Part shown: piece by piece, positions 1 to 13,324 of the stretch
Numbering within the stretch: the stretch's first letter is position 1
Layout of the letters: each line of letters begins with the position of its first letter
DNA from: Octopus vulgaris
Taxonomy: Eukaryota
Assembly: GCA_951406725.2 (NCBI GenBank)
Contig: OX597817.1
Span: 28,396,001-28,460,000 of the forward strand
DNA length: 64,000 bases
Reading direction: 5' to 3'
The notes under the pieces: generated by a model
Seen by the model: only the letters and a program-made list of their open reading frames with translations
Told to the model about the DNA's origin: nothing
Database searches by the model: none
Translations under genes and position numbers: made by a program

Positions 1-1029
1 CTAGTATCTTGGTTAAAAAAAAGTATGCTAAATGTTATTTTATGTTGTGTAATCGTTATAAGTTTTGCCGTATTACTGTCGAAAATTTGTTAGCTGTGCC
101 TAGTTTGTTTCTCTGTAACTAAGAACCGCTGCCCAGACTAAGAACCACAGTTTTATATTAACGGAATGAAGGGATAAATATTTTAAGCATAAATTCGGTG
201 AAAATTCGTTTAATAGAGGGTAGAGATGCAAGTTAGTCTAGCCTTAGTCGAAATAGGTTCAACATTTTCCAACTGGAAGACAGTATTGGATGCCTCGTCT
301 CTGCTGGAGCAAACTTTTTAGATTAGGTCTTGACGAATTGACCAAGTTATTACAATTAAAAGAAATTAAAAGTTTTTAAGCATAAATAATATTATTAGAA
401 GGCAACATCTTTTAATCTATGTTGTCGAAAGATCATCGAAGTTAGAAGCCAATGTTTCGTACAATGGAAGAATCGTTTTCAATATTTAAAAAAAAAATTA
501 TTTTCAATTTATAATCATTATTTCAAATAAATGAGTAAAAAGGCTTTTGAAAATTTGCATTTTATCTTCGTTAGGGTTACAGCTACAGTAAGTAATTTGC
601 TTGTACTACTTATAATATTATATTTAGTATAAAATTACAAGAATTATACCTAATAGGGTTGCAGAACCAGTTCCAGGGGAAAATTGTATTATTTATCTAT
701 TATTTCCCATTTAGCAATTATATCGTAATGTCTTATCAGCTGCGCAATAGAAGGATCGAGTATGAACTACTATCTGTCTGTACTTAAGGAAACAGTTGAT
801 TTTAAATGCGGCTCTACTAATAAGGATGATTTTTCGTCGTCAATGCGTTCTTGATTTAAGCACCACAGTTCTAACTGCTAATTACATCCAAATGATGTAT
901 TTGATCAACCAAGACAATATAGTTGAAGTACAATTCCACATCTGTCTATCAGTCTGTCTGTCTGTGTGTCGGCCTACATGTTTTCCCGTGTATCAATCTC
1001 TTTCTTTTCCTCTCTCTATCTCTCTCCAT

Positions 1030-1063
1030 CTATCTATCTATCTGTCTATCCATCCATCTGTCC

Positions 1064-1118
<55 letters not shown>

Positions 1119-1127
1119 CATCTGTCC

Positions 1128-1172
<45 letters not shown>

Positions 1173-1307
1173 ATCTATCTATCTAATCTATCTAATCTAT
1201 CTAATCTATCTAATCTATCTATCTAATCTATCTATCTAATCTATCTATCTTATCTATCTATCTTATCTATCTATCTATCTATCTATCTATCAACCCATCT
1301 ATCTGTC
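1030..1307. repeat. (TCTA)n/(TCTAA) microsatellite
   Basis: Direct read of tandem TCTA and variants; source of spurious ORFs at 796-1226. Confidence 0.97.
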
Positions 1308-1310
1308 TAC

Positions 1311-1729
1311 ACCGGACCGACTTGCTCGAGATGCGGTTAGAGCGACGAAACTGTTCTGCACGCACTCGTGCAGTGTCCATCCATTTCGGGCCTGTGGGCT
1401 TATGCCGAACGGCTGTTGACACGTGTGGGACGAGTCCGTCTGTCGGCCGAGTCTATCGTGACAATTGCTCTGCCACCTTCCCTCAACCGGGAAGGCAAAG
1501 CAGTCTTCATCGTACTGGTGGTCATGGTGAAAGAATGTGTGTAGTGGACTCGAGCGAAAGGATTAGAGACAAACACTTACCTTTCTGGCTAATGGCTCAT
1601 CAACTTTTTCAAGTACCACTTGAAAAGGGTGAGAATGGAGAGGCAGGTTTTGCCTCGTGAAAGTTTCATAAAAAGGTGGGTGAAGATGGAGCGTGCGAAT
1701 GACGAAACCACTTTGAGCATGATCCTGTA

Positions 1730-1761
<32 letters not shown>

Positions 1762-2046
1762 CACTTTGCCTTCATGTTTTTATTCCCTCCCTGCCTGAGG
1801 TTACCGTGGTCTTTTCCGTAGGCTTTTCTTTCCACAGATAAACCTAATCTTGTTTCTTACATTTTAAAAATGTTCTTCTGTGATACACGATCCCTTTTGA
1901 TCGCCTTTGTTTTCCGCGACCCCTTTTGATTGAAATTTTACATTTTTCTCTTTTTTTTCCTTTTTCTTTTTCATTTTCGAAAAAAAAAAGCTCTACATTT
2001 GTATTTTTCCCCTCTGTGTTCAGCCCTGTGTGGCCAATCAAGAAAG
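1311..2046 (+). mobile_element. 5'-truncated Tx1/L1-clade LINE: ORF2 C-terminal CCHC zinc knuckle plus 3' UTR
   Basis: Manual translation GPTCSRCG*SDETVLHALVQCPSISGLW...VKECV*WTR...FIKRWV ending TAA at 1728-1730, with 3 in-frame stops; CxxC..ETxxH....C is typical of Tx1/L1 ORF2; TCTA repeats flank both sides. Confidence 0.8.
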
Positions 2047-2789
2047 TTATCTGTCTGTCTATCTATCTATCTATCTACTTGTTATAATTCGTTTTCTGTT
2101 TTCTTCTTTCTTCCATTTCTTTCTCTCATTCCGCTTCTTCAATTTCTGTCATTTCTTCCTTCATTCTACGTAGAGCCCTCTGTTTATTATACGTATTATA
2201 TGTATAGCTTATCTCTAAAACCCCCATAATCTCATACCCCTTTCTTTCTTCATTTCCTTCTTTCTTTCTTTCCTTCTCTTTAATTAAAAATTCCTCTCAT
2301 GTCATTTATAGATCATTAAAAGTAATTAATTTCATTAGTCATTGGGTATTTTAGAATAGTTTGTCAACGAAATCATATTTCCTGCGTGTGTTCACACCTC
2401 GTTATTGTTTATGTGGGTGTAATTGAATGTGCATGTAGAAGTATAGTGCGTGTGTGTATGTGTAAACTCAAATCACAGGACGGTTTTTCTCACTCTGAAT
2501 GACAAAATTGAGTCAACTGTTAATACAAATAAATATAAACTTTGTGAAACGTTGAATGATGTTATCTTTCGTTTACACACACACACACACACACACGTGC
2601 GAATGTCTTTATATATATGTGTGTGTGTGAGTATGTGATTGGTTATATATATATATACATACAGGGCTGGCTCAAGGTACCGGCAACCCGGGCAGTCGCC
2701 CAGGGCGCCATGTGCAGAGGGGCGCTAAGGAGGGCTTGACAAACAGAAGGAAATTTCTACGACTGTCAGCGCGTACACGCCGAAGTTCA

Positions 2790-2934
2790 GCCTGCTTCTT
2801 AATCACATGGTTCTGAGTTCAATCCCACGGCGTGACACCTTGGACAAGTGTCTTCTACTATAGCCTCGGCCGACCAAATCCTTGTGAGTGAATTTGGTGG
2901 ACGAAAGCTGGAAGAAGCCCGTCATATATGTATA

Positions 2935-2971
<37 letters not shown>

Positions 2972-3185
2972 CTATGTGTATGTCCTTATGTCTGTGTTTG
3001 TTTCCTCACCATCATCACTTCACAACCAGCGTTGGTGTGTTTACATCCCCGTAAAATAGCGGTTCAGCAAAACAGGCCGATAGAATAAGTACTAGGCTTA
3101 AGAAATAAGTCCTGAGGTTGATTTGTTCGACTAAAACCCTTCAAGGCGGTGCTGCAAATGACTGAAACAAGTAAAGGAATAAAGA
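2790..3185 (+). mobile_element. SINE family A (tRNA-like head, CORE-like GTGGCACCTTGGGCAAGTGTCTT block, internal (TG/TA)n)
   Basis: Co-linear with copies at 11878, 16990 and elsewhere. Confidence 0.85.
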
Positions 3186-3195
3186 ATAATATATA

Positions 3196-3245
<50 letters not shown>

Positions 3246-3629
3246 TATATGGGTACAGGACGTCACTAATTTTGTAAACAACATGAAATACAAAACCAAA
3301 ACGAGTCAAATACGCAAACAACGAAAGAAAAATTGGAAAACAGGACAAGTAAACAGAGAACGGCCCTTCATCAGTTGTCGGTTATCTACTCCCCATATCG
3401 AACATTCAGCGACAATATGAGTCTTCAAAGACAGTTGCTCCCATAAATTCTAAAATAAAATTTAGGATCTCTGGAGGGTCAATGTTGAGAACAAAAACAG
3501 ATCAGTGGAGACATACACGGAAACCGAACGAAAACAAACATGGAGGGTCGTTAGACCAGAACGAGAGGGAAATAGTGAACTCGGGGAGAAATATTTTCTT
3601 TGAAAAGAGAAAAGAGAGAAAAGAGAGAA

Positions 3630-4120
3630 AACATCTAGTCCTTTGAACGTCCATGCAGGAAAAGCCTGATGATCACGTGAGGAAAAGAAAGATAATCACA
3701 TAAGGAAAAGAAAGATAGACGATGATCATGTATGAACAACGAGAGAGAGAGAAAAAGAGAGAGAGAAAACATCCAGTCCTTTGAACGTCCATACAGGAAA
3801 AGAAAGATAATCACATAAGGAAAAGAAAGATGGACGATGATCATGTGTGAGCAACGAGAGAGAGAGAGAAAACATCCAGTCCATACAGGAAAAGCCTGAT
3901 GATCACGTGAGGAAAAGAAAGATAATCACATAAGGAAAAGAAAGATGGACGATGATCATGTGTGAGCAACGAGAGAGAGAAAAAGAGAAAGAGAGAGAAA
4001 ACATCCAGTCCATACAGGAAAAGCCTGATGATCACGTGAGGAAAAGAAAGATAATCACATAAGGAAAAGAAAGATGGACGATGATCATGTGTGAGCAACG
4101 AGAGAGAGAGAGAAAAAGAG
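3630..4120. repeat. Tandem repeat, about 4 copies of a 105-135 bp purine-rich unit
   Basis: Unit AAACATCCAGTCC..CAGGAAAAGCCTGATGATCACGTGAGG..GATGATCATGTGTGAGCAACG(AG)n repeated. Confidence 0.9.
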
Positions 4121-4573
4121 AAAGAGAGGAGAGAGAGTGGCAGATAGATAGAAAACAGTGAAGGGGAGAAAAAGGGAATTAGAGAAGGATCGAGGAAGAA
4201 AACATATATATATAAAGCCTGCTGTTTTTTCAATTTGGAGCTCAAAAAGAGAAAATATTAGATAATACTTGACAGATTTAATACAATTTTTAATTAATTT
4301 GTGTTTTTTCAACAACTGTTAAGAACGTTATTAGCCGAGGGATATGTTGCTCTCTGACCACATCAACTCATGAGATGCGATGTGTCCTTTATTAAGAAGG
4401 TTCGTTCATTTGTTTTGGTTTAACTAATTAAGAAGTAGGTACAGGTTCAGTCTAGAGAAAATTAATCTGACATGAAGTGGTATTTTGTAAATAGATTTAT
4501 TCACTCTCACTCACACAATCTCTGTTTGTCTACCTGCCTGTCTGTCTTTCTTTCTCCTCTTTGTATCTCCCCC

Positions 4574-4606
<33 letters not shown>

Positions 4607-5280
4607 TCTCTCTCTGATTAAATGAATCATGGAAGGATTAATTTTTCATTATAATTTAGATACAATTTTCATGAATATAAAATTAACAATAAAATCACAT
4701 ACTTATGACTTTTGGGTCATTCTCAACACATACACGTTCGCACATACGTCTGTGCATGAAGCGGGGCTGGGTGGTGTTGGCAGGTGCGCGTGCAATTAAA
4801 GTGTACCAATAAAAAGATAATGAACGGCACTTAATAGGTTCTTTGCATTGGATAGAGAATAGTTAGGACTTAATGTTTAATTATGGTCAAAATCCATATT
4901 TCTGTTTTTGGTTTAAATAAAGATTTAATGTAAAATAATTTTATAGAAAATGAGGATTATATTGATCAAGCAGGACAATTAAGACAACTATCAGGAAAAA
5001 AATAATAGTGATGACTGTAGCCATTAATCATCTGTTGAATAGCTGTTTTGAGGTTCTTTCTTTCTATCTTTCTTTCTTTTTGTCGTTTCTATCCTTCTTT
5101 TTGTTTTCCTATTCTTTCTACCTTTTCTTAAATTTGACCTTTTGCTCAAGTCCCCAAATTAATTTACAGGAAATAGTTAAAGTTATGACTATTGTATGGA
5201 TAGAATTCGATCGACATTCTTACAACATATATAAGGCTTGCATTATAATTTCAATACGTATTTAGTGTGTCTATTTCTCA

Positions 5281-5324
<44 letters not shown>

Positions 5325-5826
5325 ATGTATGTATGTCCTGGATATGAATTTAAACTGCGTCCGGTGGAGGGGCTCTGGTTCAGAACTTCCAGGGTTTTGA
5401 AGAGTGTGGAACCACCTCTTTGCCACAATTGTTCTGACCCGGAGTACTAGCACCTGTCTGGGTCCCAGCTATGAATTAACAAGTATATGATATACGGAAC
5501 ATAGAAATTCTCGGGTTGGTGTCTGAGAGTGCTATAAGTTCACTGGGAATAAGGAATCCCCGGTCTTCGCTAAGGCATCCTTTAAAAACCCTGCTCTATT
5601 CAGCCGGATATCCTGCATCTTGCTTGTCTCTGGGCTTCTTGGTTTTGCTAGTGGAAGTCGCTTTGGTGTAGTACAAGATGCACTCGACTTAAAACCCTTG
5701 CATGGGCATAGTGACACTTACCTGTCAGCTATGGTCATGATTGTCTAACGCAGGGTGGGGAATGCGTTTTAATGCTCTGAAACGAATGGACGTTCTAAAA
5801 TAGAGACGTCATGTATATTGGAATAA

Positions 5827-6056
5827 GGCGGCGAGCTGGCAGAAACGTTAGGGCGCAGGGCGAAATGCTTAGCGGTATTTCGTCTGTCGTTACGTTCTGA
5901 GTTCGAATTCCGCCGAGGTTGACTTTGTCTTTCATCCTTTTGGGGTCGATAAATAAAGTACCAGTTTCGCACTGGGGTCGATGTAATCGACTTAATCCCT
6001 TTGTCTGTCCTTGTTTGTCCCCTCTATGTTTAGCCCCTTGTGGGTAGTACAGAAAT
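5827..6056 (+). mobile_element. SINE family B (MetaSINE-like), full length with TSD
   Basis: A/B-box-like head (TGGCAGAAACG, GAGTTCGAATTCC); central GACTTTG(C/T)CTTTCATCCTTT(C/T)GGGGTCGATAAA..AGTACCAG resembles the Meta domain; TATATTGGAATA duplicated on both sides. Confidence 0.85.
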
Positions 6057-6817
6057 ATATATTGGAATACATGTATATCCATTCGTTTCTAGAAGCAGGA
6101 CAGCAGTAAAAATGACTGATGCTCTACCCGCCATCAGAGGCCACAAAAGAACTTTTCATGCGAGATAGCAGTGCGTGCGTGTGTAAATTGCGGCTTTCCT
6201 TCTTTGATACAGAATTACACGATTAAGCTTCTCTTCGCAAAATATAAACTCGGTGCTTCTTTAGCGTTCGGTCTCCTACAGTATCCGTTATGAAATGGTC
6301 TGGTCTGGGTTAGGGGAAGGACTAGGATTTAGGGCTGGAGTTAGGGTTAGACTGCATGCTAAAGTCAAATGGCTAGGTAGACAGCACGCTAAATTGTAAA
6401 TAACCAGGTAGATTGCACATTTAAGGGGCATCATAAAGTCTGTAGCAAATATCCTTTTCCTCTCCTTTATAATTTCAAACATATATTTGCACGCACGCAC
6501 GCATGTCCACAAATACATACACACACTCAAAGAGTTAGAGAGATAGTGTGTGTGTGTGGGGGGGGGGAAGAATAATATGGAAAATTTGTAAGCAAATCAG
6601 CAAAATTTAGACAAGGCTTGACTGTATGCATATTTTGAAGCCACCCACCGAGATGTCACGAATACAGCAAGATCAACAAAATATTAGATATACAGAGATT
6701 ATATGGGAGATATTAATCATTATACACTGCAGGCAGAACTTCAGCATCGTCTTGACCTTCTTAATTAAAGTACACAAAACGACCTAAAGATCATATATTC
6801 TCTATTTATGTTTTTGC

Positions 6818-6851
<34 letters not shown>

Positions 6852-6857
<6 letters not shown>

Positions 6858-7072
6858 CAAAACCACTATTAGGCAAATCAAACAATGAAAAACTTAATCC
6901 AATACATAAGATTATTTAATTTATATTATTTAAATATATAACAAAATTATTAAAAAATATAATTAATTAATTAATAATTTTGTTATATATTTAAATAATA
7001 TAAATTAAATAATCTTATGTATTGGCTTAAGTTTTTCATTGTTTGATTTGCCTAATAGTGGTTTTGTCTCTA
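6852..7072. repeat. Near-perfect inverted repeat (about 100-bp arms) between (TA)n tracts
   Basis: TAGAGACAAAACCACTATTAGG... mirrored by ...CCTAATAGTGGTTTTGTCTCTA; one mismatch seen. Confidence 0.92.
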
Positions 7073-7159
7073 ATTTAATATAATATAATATTTTACTATA
7101 AAATTGGATTCAATCCTAAATCTGATTTTTCCCTGTAAGTTTGGATTTATTTCCCTAAT

Positions 7160-7216
<57 letters not shown>

Positions 7217-8359
7217 TGTAGAGTACAGTAATAAATGGATAAGCTACTGGGTAATTTATGCCTATGTATACATATGGTTGGCCTAGAATAACGATTTGTA
7301 AATTTTTATTTCATTTTAGTTTTCATTTTCCATCAAAGTTCGTATGACAACGCGTGTGTTCGTGCGAACGTGTTTGCATGTGCTTCGAAGTGAGTCAGTT
7401 ATTAACATCATTCGTATATTAACTTGATAAATATAGAATGTGGAATTAAATTTCGTGGAAGGATTTAACGCTATATTTATTGGGTAAGAGTTCAAAACAT
7501 GCTCAGGTAGCATATATTTTTACTATAGAAAAAGTAGAGATCCAACGAGGGAGTTTTCCCCGTGGTTGTTCGATCTGCGAAGAAATAGGCTGAAAGAGCA
7601 CTTTCAAAAATATAGACCTAGATAAAGTATACCTGTGAAAGAAAAAAAAATGAGATATTAATCAATGTTCTGTTGGGCTTGATTGGGTTGTAATGTCTTT
7701 GATCATAGGACTGTCTGATATGAGCTGATCTAAGGCTAATCGGCGGCAACATACTAAAGATAAAAGTAGAAGGTGGCAAAAAACCATTTCACGATTTATG
7801 AGGCACAAAATATCGATAGGTTCTTTTGCCGAGAAGAGATGAAACTTTAACGCTTTGGGTTTCTGGTGAGGCCATTAAAAAAAGAAAAGAGATGTCTAGC
7901 TCCTCAACAAAAAGCTGTCAGTGCTGGCCCGGATTTAAGCAGTGAAAGAAGACTCATAAACCGTTTACTTCAACATTTCATTGTACATTTCGACAATTCA
8001 CGAACAATACTAAATTCAGTACGAATAAAGACATGCTACCTAGGACAGAATTTATCTCTCGTCTATTGATGCAACGAAATCAAAACTAAGCATTGGTTCT
8101 TTCATAGTATTTAGAGATTTTTTTTTTTACCGAACACTTTTTCTCGAATACTGAGTAAATGTGAAAATAGCTGTTTTATGATTTGACAGTGGAATCGAGA
8201 GTGTTTAGTCTTCTGAAACTGATTTAGAAGACATATACTAAGAAAGGTGGTATACTTACATTTTTAGAGTATATCTCTCTCTGTCTTGCCCTCTCTCTCC
8301 CCCCTATATCTCTCTCTTTCTCTCTCGATATATATATATGTACAAACACATATCCATAT

Positions 8360-8752
8360 TACTCTCTTTACTCTTTTACTTGTTTCAGTCATTTGACTGC
8401 GGCCATGCTGGAGCACCGCCTTTTAGTCGAGCAAATCGACCCCAGGACTTATTCTTTGTAAGCCCAGTACTTATTCTATCGGTCTCTTTTGCCGAACCGC
8501 TAAGTGACGGGGACGTAAACGCACCAGCATCGGTTGTCAAGCAATGCTAGGGGGACAAACACAGACACACAAACACATACACACACATATATATATATAC
8601 ATATATACGACAGGCTTCTTTCAGTTTCCGTCTACCAAATCCACTCACAAGGCATTGGTCGGCCCGGGGCTATAGTAGAAGACACTTGCCCAAGATGCCA
8701 CGCAGTGGGACTGAACCCAAAACCATGTGGCTGGTTAGCCACTCCTGCGCCT
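8360..8752 (-). mobile_element. SINE family A
   Basis: Reverse complement of the 11878 copy. Confidence 0.9.
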
Positions 8753-10227
8753 CATACGTATATGTGTATACGTATGTGTGCATGCGTGTGATCAGGTAAC
8801 TAAAGACTACTTGAAAATACAACTTCAGTCCAACTGCCTCGGAGGTTTCATGCTTGAACATAACAACTTTCCATTTCAGTTTATCTGAAATTACATCTCA
8901 ATATATGAAATTAACATCATCGTTACTGTTTTAAGATTAACTGCTAATCGCCGAGCAATGGCCTCCAGGATTTCAGTATCTACTTCGATAGACATATTTC
9001 TGACTTCCAGTTGTCTCTGATATCAGCCATTTTCTTTTTTCTTATTCTTTTTTTGATTTTCACTTTTCTGAGATCAAGAAACTAATTAAACACTGGTAAT
9101 TACCTGCAATACACTCATCTGGTAATAAGTTCTTTCTCATATAATTTCGTACAATTCTAGCCTTGTTCTTAGAAACAGAAAACTTTGTTATTGGGATATT
9201 CAATGGATGAATAGATTATATATCAAATAGCTTCTAACTCAGTCATAGGCTTGAATCTTACTGGAAACAACGGTATTGTGTCTCCGAGCAAGTTTGCTTA
9301 ACTCTATTTGCATCTAACTTTATATCTGAATAAGACGAAAATAGAATCCGTGTGGTTTCGAATATTGAATAGGGATAAGCTTCATTTAGGCTTTTCTAAT
9401 GCCTTTAGGAATTTCCCATCCCATAACTTTAAAACTACACTGCTAAAAATATCGATACTATTGTTGTTACTATTACGGTAGCTTTGAGGATAGCTTGGAT
9501 AGAAAGTATTATGTCTAATTAAGACGCGAATAGAATTTGTGTGAGGCATGTGGTTTTAAATATTCTATAGAAAAAGCTCCGTTTGGTTTTTGGTTAAATC
9601 TTTTTAAGTTACCTATCCAGTAAAGTAAAACTAAAAGAAAAACATTAACTTTCATGATTATTGCTATGTTTGTAAGTTTGGTTGAAATAGTTGAGCATTA
9701 GACTGAATATACTAGAATATTCAATTTTCTCTCCTTCTTCTTCCCTATCTAGTTTCTGAGTTCAAATGATGTTGCTGACATTACCTTTAATTCGATGAGT
9801 TCAATAAGATTTTTTATTGTTCTATTATACTAATTCAAACGACTGTTTGTTGGCTATAAAAATTAGCGTTATTTTAATATCTTAATGTAGGTGAGACAGG
9901 AACGGTTCATGGTATTTACCTGTCCTTCCAGAGTGATAGAGTCGATACAGCTTATACTGAGTTTGAATTTTAGCAGATTTGTGTGTATGGAGGGGAAAAA
10001 AAGAGAAAAGAAAATGAGAGATAACCCTACTGCTGGTCTTACACATAGAGATTTAGTACACGATTTTGGCAGTAAGGCTCAGTAGACTCAGAAGCAACTA
10101 TTTAATTCAAAGAAGTAGAAATATTATAGTAACAGTTGAATAAGTAGCAGGAGGAATGAGTGCTCCAGTGTCCGAGTCATTATAAGTAAAGATTTGCCAG
10201 TTAAGCATATGGCTTATTTAGGATGCG

Positions 10228-10460
10228 GGCGGCGAGCTGGCAGAAACGTTAGCACGCCGGGCGAAATGCTTAGCGGTATTTCGTCTGCGTTACGTTGTGA
10301 GTTCAAATTCCGCTGAGGTCGACTTTGCCTTTCATCCTTTCAGGGTCGATAAATTAAGTACCAGTTACGCACTGGGGTCGATGTAATCGACTTAATACCT
10401 ATGTCTGTCCTTGTTTGTCCCCTCTGTGTTTAGCCCCTTGTGGGTAATAAAGAAATAGGT
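10228..10460 (+). mobile_element. SINE family B, single copy, tail type 1
   Basis: Same head, body and tail as the 5827 and 20136 copies. Confidence 0.9.
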
Positions 10461-11639
10461 AATGTGTTTTTCTCATATCTAAGTTACTCTGACTCAGATA
10501 TGTGAATGGCACTTTAGTGTGACCTGCACTTGAACTTTGTATGAGGCCAACATCTGTTCAGAAATGAAACATCTTGTAAACCTTGGAGCTGCCTTGATTT
10601 TGGTATGCCATTTTGACTACGTTGTTGATAAATGACAGATAAATAGACGGGGTAGCAAAACCGGTCGAGCATTTTATAGAATGCCTGGCAATATTTCCTT
10701 TCGACACTCTATGCTCTAAGTACAAATTCCTGTTCATGCCGATGGATTGGAGGAACTGTTAGAACACCGAACAAGATTCTTTACAGTAGCTGCTCTGGCT
10801 TCTTGCGTTCTGATCGCAACGCTTGCGACGATGCTGATGTTAAGCTGTATTAGCCTTAGAGCAGCGGCGTTTCCTTTAAGTAGAAAGGAGAGACTTACGT
10901 GCATGGTCAACTGCTGGTCTTACACAGACAAGCAAACTGAGCATATAAATCCACGTATATGGCCAACTCTGACAAATAGAGGCATCTAGATAGATAACCA
11001 TCTACTCACCATGAGACTTTTCAAAGCGTTACTTCAGTATGGCCTTAGCCATGATGGTTACAGAAAAACTAAAGAAGAAAACAGAATATACGATCTTCAG
11101 TGGATTATGACGTTTAATTTTTGGATAGTTTATGACGGGATTTAAAAATTTGAGTACTTCTTGAGGAAAACGGTCATGGAATTGATGAATGTCATCTGGT
11201 GTTGACAGTTTCGTTTTGTGTAGATGACTCGAAAGGCAAACAGAAAGTGAAAGTAGTGTCATCGGCACTAAATGAAAAACGGTTGTAAAGACATAGCCAA
11301 ACCCCGAGCGATACTACAATAAAATAGTCTGTGGCTCAGAGAGACACTCTTGACGAATACTATAATGGAGAAGCTTGGGGGGAAACTTCTAACTCAAAGA
11401 TGAATGGACCTGAGGTATACAATTTTACAAGGAAATTTTGTGCTGTCTACAGTCGAAAGTTGTCAACAATATACTTTTTTTTGTTTTCGTTATGGGACCA
11501 TTAGTAAGCAATATAGACATAAGCTTCACTTGCTTGGAGAGTTAAATCATAATGAACTAGCGTTTTGTGCAAGGAGAGGACGCTTTATTTATAGTTTTTT
11601 TTTCTTCCGACAGTTAAACGCATGATATATTTGTTTCAA

Positions 11640-11842
11640 ATTTTGACACAAGGCCAGCAATTTCGGGGTGGGGGAGTCGATTACATCGACCCCGGTGATC
11701 AACAGGTACTTACTTTATCGACTCCCGAGAGGATGAAAGGCAAAAATCAACCTCGGCGGAATTTGAACTCAGAGCATAAAGGTAGACGAAACGCCGCTAA
11801 GCATTTTGCCTAGCGTGGTAACGATTCTGCCAGCGCGCTGCC
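11640..11842 (-). mobile_element. SINE family B, diverged, tail type 2
   Basis: GGATGAAAGGCAAAAATCAACCTCGGCGGAATTTGAACTCAG. Confidence 0.8.
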
Positions 11843-11877
11843 TTTTAATTAAGAAAAAATCAATATATATATATATA

Positions 11878-12265
11878 GGCGCAGGAGTGGCTGTGTGGTA
11901 AGTAGCTTGTTTACCAGCCACATGGTTCCGGGTTCAGTCCCACTGCGTGGCACCATGGGCAAGTGTCTTCTACTATAGCCTCGGGCCAACCAAAGCCTTG
12001 TGAGTGGATTTGGTAGACGGAAACTGAAAGAAGCCCGTCGTATATATGTATATGTATATGTGTGTGTTTGAGTGTCTGTGTTTGTCCCCCTAGCATTGCT
12101 TGTGTTTATGTCCCCGTTACTTAGCGGTTCGGCAAAAGAGACCGATAGAATAAGTACTGGGGGTTACAAAAGAATAAGTCCCCGGGTTCGAGTTGCTCGA
12201 TTAAAGGCGGTGCTCCAGCATGGCCGCAGTTAAAATGACTGAAACAAGTAAAAAGTGTAAAGAGT
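11878..12265 (+). mobile_element. SINE family A, near full length
   Basis: GGCGCAGGAGTGGCTGTGTGGTAAG head, GGTTCAGTCCC B-box-like motif, tail GACTGAAACAAGTAAAAAGTG. Confidence 0.9.
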
Positions 12266-12920
12266 ATATCAGAAATACGAAACACTAGCGGTACGAAACT
12301 CCGATATTCAACGAAAGGACTAACTTGAAACTCTGATAAACAGAAGAATAGATATACAGTAAAATAAAAAAGTAAAGGAGACGACATATAATCAAAATGT
12401 AATTTAATCTAATATCTAATCTAATCTAATCTAATCTAATCTAATCTAATCACTGCCTAGTATTTACTAGAGAAAAACAATCACTTCTGATTTTCAAAGG
12501 GTTAAATGAAACAGCACATATTATATTAGGGTTACAAGAAACGAGAGACAAAATGCGATTAGTTTTATAATATAATTCGATTCTGAACGCTTGTAATAGA
12601 ATATAACATTAACATACAAATGATCGTCATGGCTTCTTCAAAGGTTTAATCTGCATTATATGCATGCACACGATGGAGAATCAACAAGTACGTTTGTATT
12701 ACCGTGTTAAATGTTGCATATTTGAATTTTTGTATGTTTAATAGAATATGTTATATGATATTCTAACAAGATTAACGAAAAACAAAATGGGTAAATTATA
12801 GAATGGCAGTAGTTACATTTTGATTGTGTCAATGATGTAGACGAATGTTTTATGTACAGTATATACGCGGTGCACTTGAGTGTATGAAAGTAATTTAATA
12901 TTCTCTACACTTAGATGTGT

Positions 12921-13240
12921 GAGGGCGCGTGGCTGAGTGGTTAGGGCATTCGGCTCATGATCGTAAGGTTGTGAGTTCGATTCCCGGCGACGCGTTGTGT
13001 CCTTGAGCAAGACACTTTATTTCACGTTGCTCCAGTCCACTCAGCTGGCAAAAATGAGTTGTACTTGTATTTCAAAGGGTCAGCCTTGTCACTCTCTGTG
13101 TCACGCTGATTATCCCCGAGAACTACGTTAAGGGTACACGTGTCTGTGGAATGCTCAGCCATTTGCACGTTAATTTCACGAGCAAGCTGTTCCGTTGATC
13201 GTATCAGCTGGGACCCTCGTCGTCGTAACCGGCGGAGTCT
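12921..13240 (+). mobile_element. SINE family C (tRNA head, CORE-like GTGTCCTTGAGCAAGACACTT)
   Basis: A box TGGCTGAGTGG, B box GTTCGATTCC; shared with 17445 and 35349. Confidence 0.88.
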
Positions 13241-13324
13241 TTAAGAAGTCTTTAAGACACTTAGATGTATGTATGTGTGTGCGTATATATATATATGTGT
13301 GTGTGTATGTGTGTGTGTGTGCGT

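Noticed and set aside
110-470. Possible decayed hAT transposase C-terminus
   Set aside because: Similarity too weak to support by eye
1581-1724. Minus-strand 144-nt open exon-like segment with strong AG/GTAAGT sites
   Set aside because: It is antisense to Tx1 ORF2, which explains the sequence; exonisation cannot be shown without RNA data
3660-4050. CTGATGA-TCACGTGA-GGAAA in the tandem repeat as a hammerhead
   Set aside because: No stem I or stem III pairing and no properly placed NUH
5722-5776. Possible minus-strand exon (TTTCAG...CAG|GTAAGT)
   Set aside because: Stops in all three frames unless it is a start exon; no supporting neighbouring exons
12921-12990. tRNA genes at SINE heads
   Set aside because: A/B boxes are followed by SINE bodies; no complete cloverleaf
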